Part shown: positions 34,297-36,718 of the stretch, in pieces
How positions within the stretch are numbered: the stretch's first letter is position 1
Layout of the letters: every line of letters starts with the position of its first letter
Source: Jimgerdemannia flammicorona
Taxonomy: Eukaryota
Direction of reading: 5' to 3'
Assembly (NCBI GenBank): GCA_003990765.1
Contig: RBNJ01000203.1
Location: 1 to 36,718 of the forward strand
Length of the DNA stretch: 36,718 bases
Position numbers and translations under genes: made by a program
The notes under the pieces: generated by a model
What the model was told of the DNA's origin: nothing
Database searches by the model: none
Seen by the model: the letters and a program-made list of their open reading frames with translations, nothing else

Positions 34297-36261
34297 CTAA
34301 ACCCACTCCGCCTTGTCCACGCCAAAGTTCCTTGTAGGCGAGGAAAAATACAATGGCGTTTCAGGCATCTGCACCACAGGCTTCATATGCTTCACTTCCC
34401 CTAATGGCCCTGGAGTGACCTCAAAGATTCCGTTGAACAGGTACGGGCGATCCTTTTGCAGTTGTTGGAGCAGATGTAGACAATGAATGTGTGTGCCCTC
34501 ATAATAGTGGAATGGAGGGTACAAGGCCATGAGCTTTTTGCCGACCGCGGCGGAATAGAGGCCCTTGGAAATCACGTAAAGGTCTAACTGAACGAGTGAC
34601 GTTTGGACTGTATGGAATGAATTGACTTATTAATAAATGACCAGATTGAGGTGCAAACGAGGTGACGAAAAGCATACCTAGATAGGAGCCACCCTCCTCG
34701 GCCCGCTTCAGCAAGGCCGCGATCACTCCAAGCGCCCCAGCATAACCGGTCAGGTAATCCGACAAGGTCATAGGCAAGAGACATGGTGTGTTCGGCGAAC
34801 CTCCCTGAACGGTAGCCATGCCCGTCACTGCCTGAGCCTACATTCAAAATTTCGTTGAGTCATTTGAGCGTGAATCGATCGCTAGGAACATTTCAAAGAA
34901 AAAAATTTCGCATACCAATTGTTCCCATCCCGGTCGATCAATCCATGGTCCCGCGTTTCCGTAGCAATTCACGGTCAAGTATACAAAGCCATTGGAACCC
35001 TTGATGCGCTTTACATCGTCGAAAGTAAAACCGAGATGCTCCATAGAACGGTGCCTGTAACCTACATAACAAATGAAGGTTTACTGATTGATGCCTGCAC
35101 GCCAATATTGACGATCAAGCAAAACAAAAAGGTCGATTTTGGATACCTTGCACAAAGACATCACAATCCTTGACGAGCTCGGTTAATTGCTTTTTCCCTT
35201 CCTCGCTCTTCAGATCTAGGAAGCACGATCTCTTTCCTGAGTTCCCATCGACCGCCAACACATCTACATCTCTGAGGTAAGGCGAGGACACCTTCAAAAC
35301 CTGGGCCCCATACTCGGCCAAAGTTCTTGTAGTGGTCGGCCCGGCAATCACACGACACAACTCAAGGACTTTGACGCCTTCAAGGATACGCTTTCCGGGA
35401 GGAAGATGGAGCTTGGGAGCATCACATATCTTCTGGACTTCAATGGGGAGGTGCTTGTGTATTTCCTTGCCCTTTGAACAGTTCAGATTCAAGGTGTGAG
35501 AAACGTACAAGAGTTTTACAAAAAAAAAAAAATTCAAAGGTGGCGTATTGGGCGATCCTTACTTGTTCGGTGGCCAAAAACTCTTCGGTGGTGCGTACGG
35601 CGCAGCCGCAAGCCCCCGCCGCAGCAAGGGCATCCTCGAGCTCGAACGAATTCCATTGCAGCGTTTTCTCTTCAATCACGTCGCGCGCAGAGATCGCGTC
35701 GGTGAATTTGGATCCATCAACACCGAGAATCTTTAAGGTAGGGTGCGGGTCAAACGATGCCAGGAAATGGACCCATCTAAACCCAGTGAAGAGTTAGTAT
35801 TGAACTTTGCGAAAACATTCATTTTTCAGCAAAAAAGAATGCAAGGCATACCTGTTGTCTTTGGTCCTGAACAAACCTGTCAAGGGGTTCTCACATGGTG
35901 TTTTATGGTTGCTACCATATGTTTCGGCGAGCTTTTGGACGTATTCTGGAATCGAAACGCCGTTCACCGACGGCAAGATGTGACTCATGATCGCCATGGA
36001 GGCATGATCGGTGTTGACAGAAATTTCTTGGACACGACCGTTTTTGAGGTAGCCTATGCGGTTGGCGACGGTACCAAGAGCACCGAATACGGCGGAGAAA
36101 ACCTCTGTTACAGGGTAGCGCGTGGGGAGGAAAGGATCAGTATATCCGGTGAACTTGATGTGGTCCCTCTCAGCTCCGTGGAAATCGACGATGTCAAGGA
36201 GATCTTGACAGTAATCAAGGGCTCGGCTTTGAATAGTTCCCCCCGAAATTTCAGCGGGCAT
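34297..36261 (-). CDS. CoA-transferase family III (CaiB/BaiF), long form, about 6 exons
   Basis: Motifs LEGVKVLELCRVIAGP; GKRSCFLDLKSEEGK; DVFVQG; YGNAGPWIDRPGWEQL; and the catalytic-Asp segment LSDYLTGYAGALGVIAALLKRAEEGG. GT-AG introns lie near 35850, 35560, 35145, 34915 and 34675. Confidence 0.93.
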
Positions 36262-36325
36262 GTTGGTGTTGGTAAGTATTTGGATTTGTTGTGAGATGTA
36301 TGTTAACGAAGTGGACAGGAGGGTG

Positions 36326-36334
36326 CTTTTTATA
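36326..36334 (-). promoter_or_regulatory. Putative TATA box of the CoA-transferase gene
   Basis: TATAAAAAG on the minus strand, about 65 nt upstream of the ATG at 36261. Confidence 0.45.
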
Positions 36335-36718
36335 CAGGTTCATTTCGGTGCCTTAGGGGGACGGCTCATTTTCGGGAAATTTTTTATCCCCATTTCCTTC
36401 CTGCGGAGCCGTTGAAAAGGTTCCACTTCGCTGAATCTGCTCCAGGCGTATCTGCTCCCATTTTATCTGGTATCTGGTGTATCGTTTTGGAGAATGTCGG
36501 CGAGGTGCAATTCTAACTTTGTCTTCTGACGTGCTTAACACTTCAAATTCACCCGCACCTGCGACCTCGCTGAAGGACCAGCCTACGAGGCACAGTAATT
36601 ACGTGTAGCTTTGTTTTTGTTTGGGTGCTTCATGCATGCACGAATTTCAGTCATTTTTCTCCCACGACCTTACTGCAATGACCTATTGCAATGACGAACC
36701 CCCCCCCCCACCCCCCCC

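Noticed and set aside
35743..36294. 183-aa plus-strand ORF
   Set aside because: Antisense to exon 1 of the CoA-transferase gene.

Overview
Eukaryotic, intron-containing fungal DNA (GT...CTAAC...YAG introns, many A/T homopolymer runs). The gene families suggest an early-diverging fungus, most likely Mucoromycota such as Endogonales or Glomeromycotina; this is inference, not a database result. Apparently intact genes: an intronless F-box protein (675-2120, -), a divergent TPT/DMT-type membrane transporter (6873-7931, -), an intronless MATA-type HMG-box transcription factor (23254-24066, +), a multi-exon Yvc1/TRPY1-like channel (27909-30386, -), a small two-repeat Myb protein (about 32705-33190, -) and a multi-exon family III CoA-transferase (34297-36261, -). 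The rest is mostly decayed sequence: an F-box pseudogene, a Crinkler-like pseudogene, a permuted papain-like relic, a foldback/MITE-like element, and a 19 x 25-bp hairpin minisatellite inside a spliced orphan gene. The best system candidates are a possible sex/mating-type-like region (TPT-like gene, about 15 kb of decayed DNA, then an HMG gene with HMG-binding boxes in its own promoter) and the hairpin array in the orphan gene. No rRNA, tRNA or CRISPR array was recognised.
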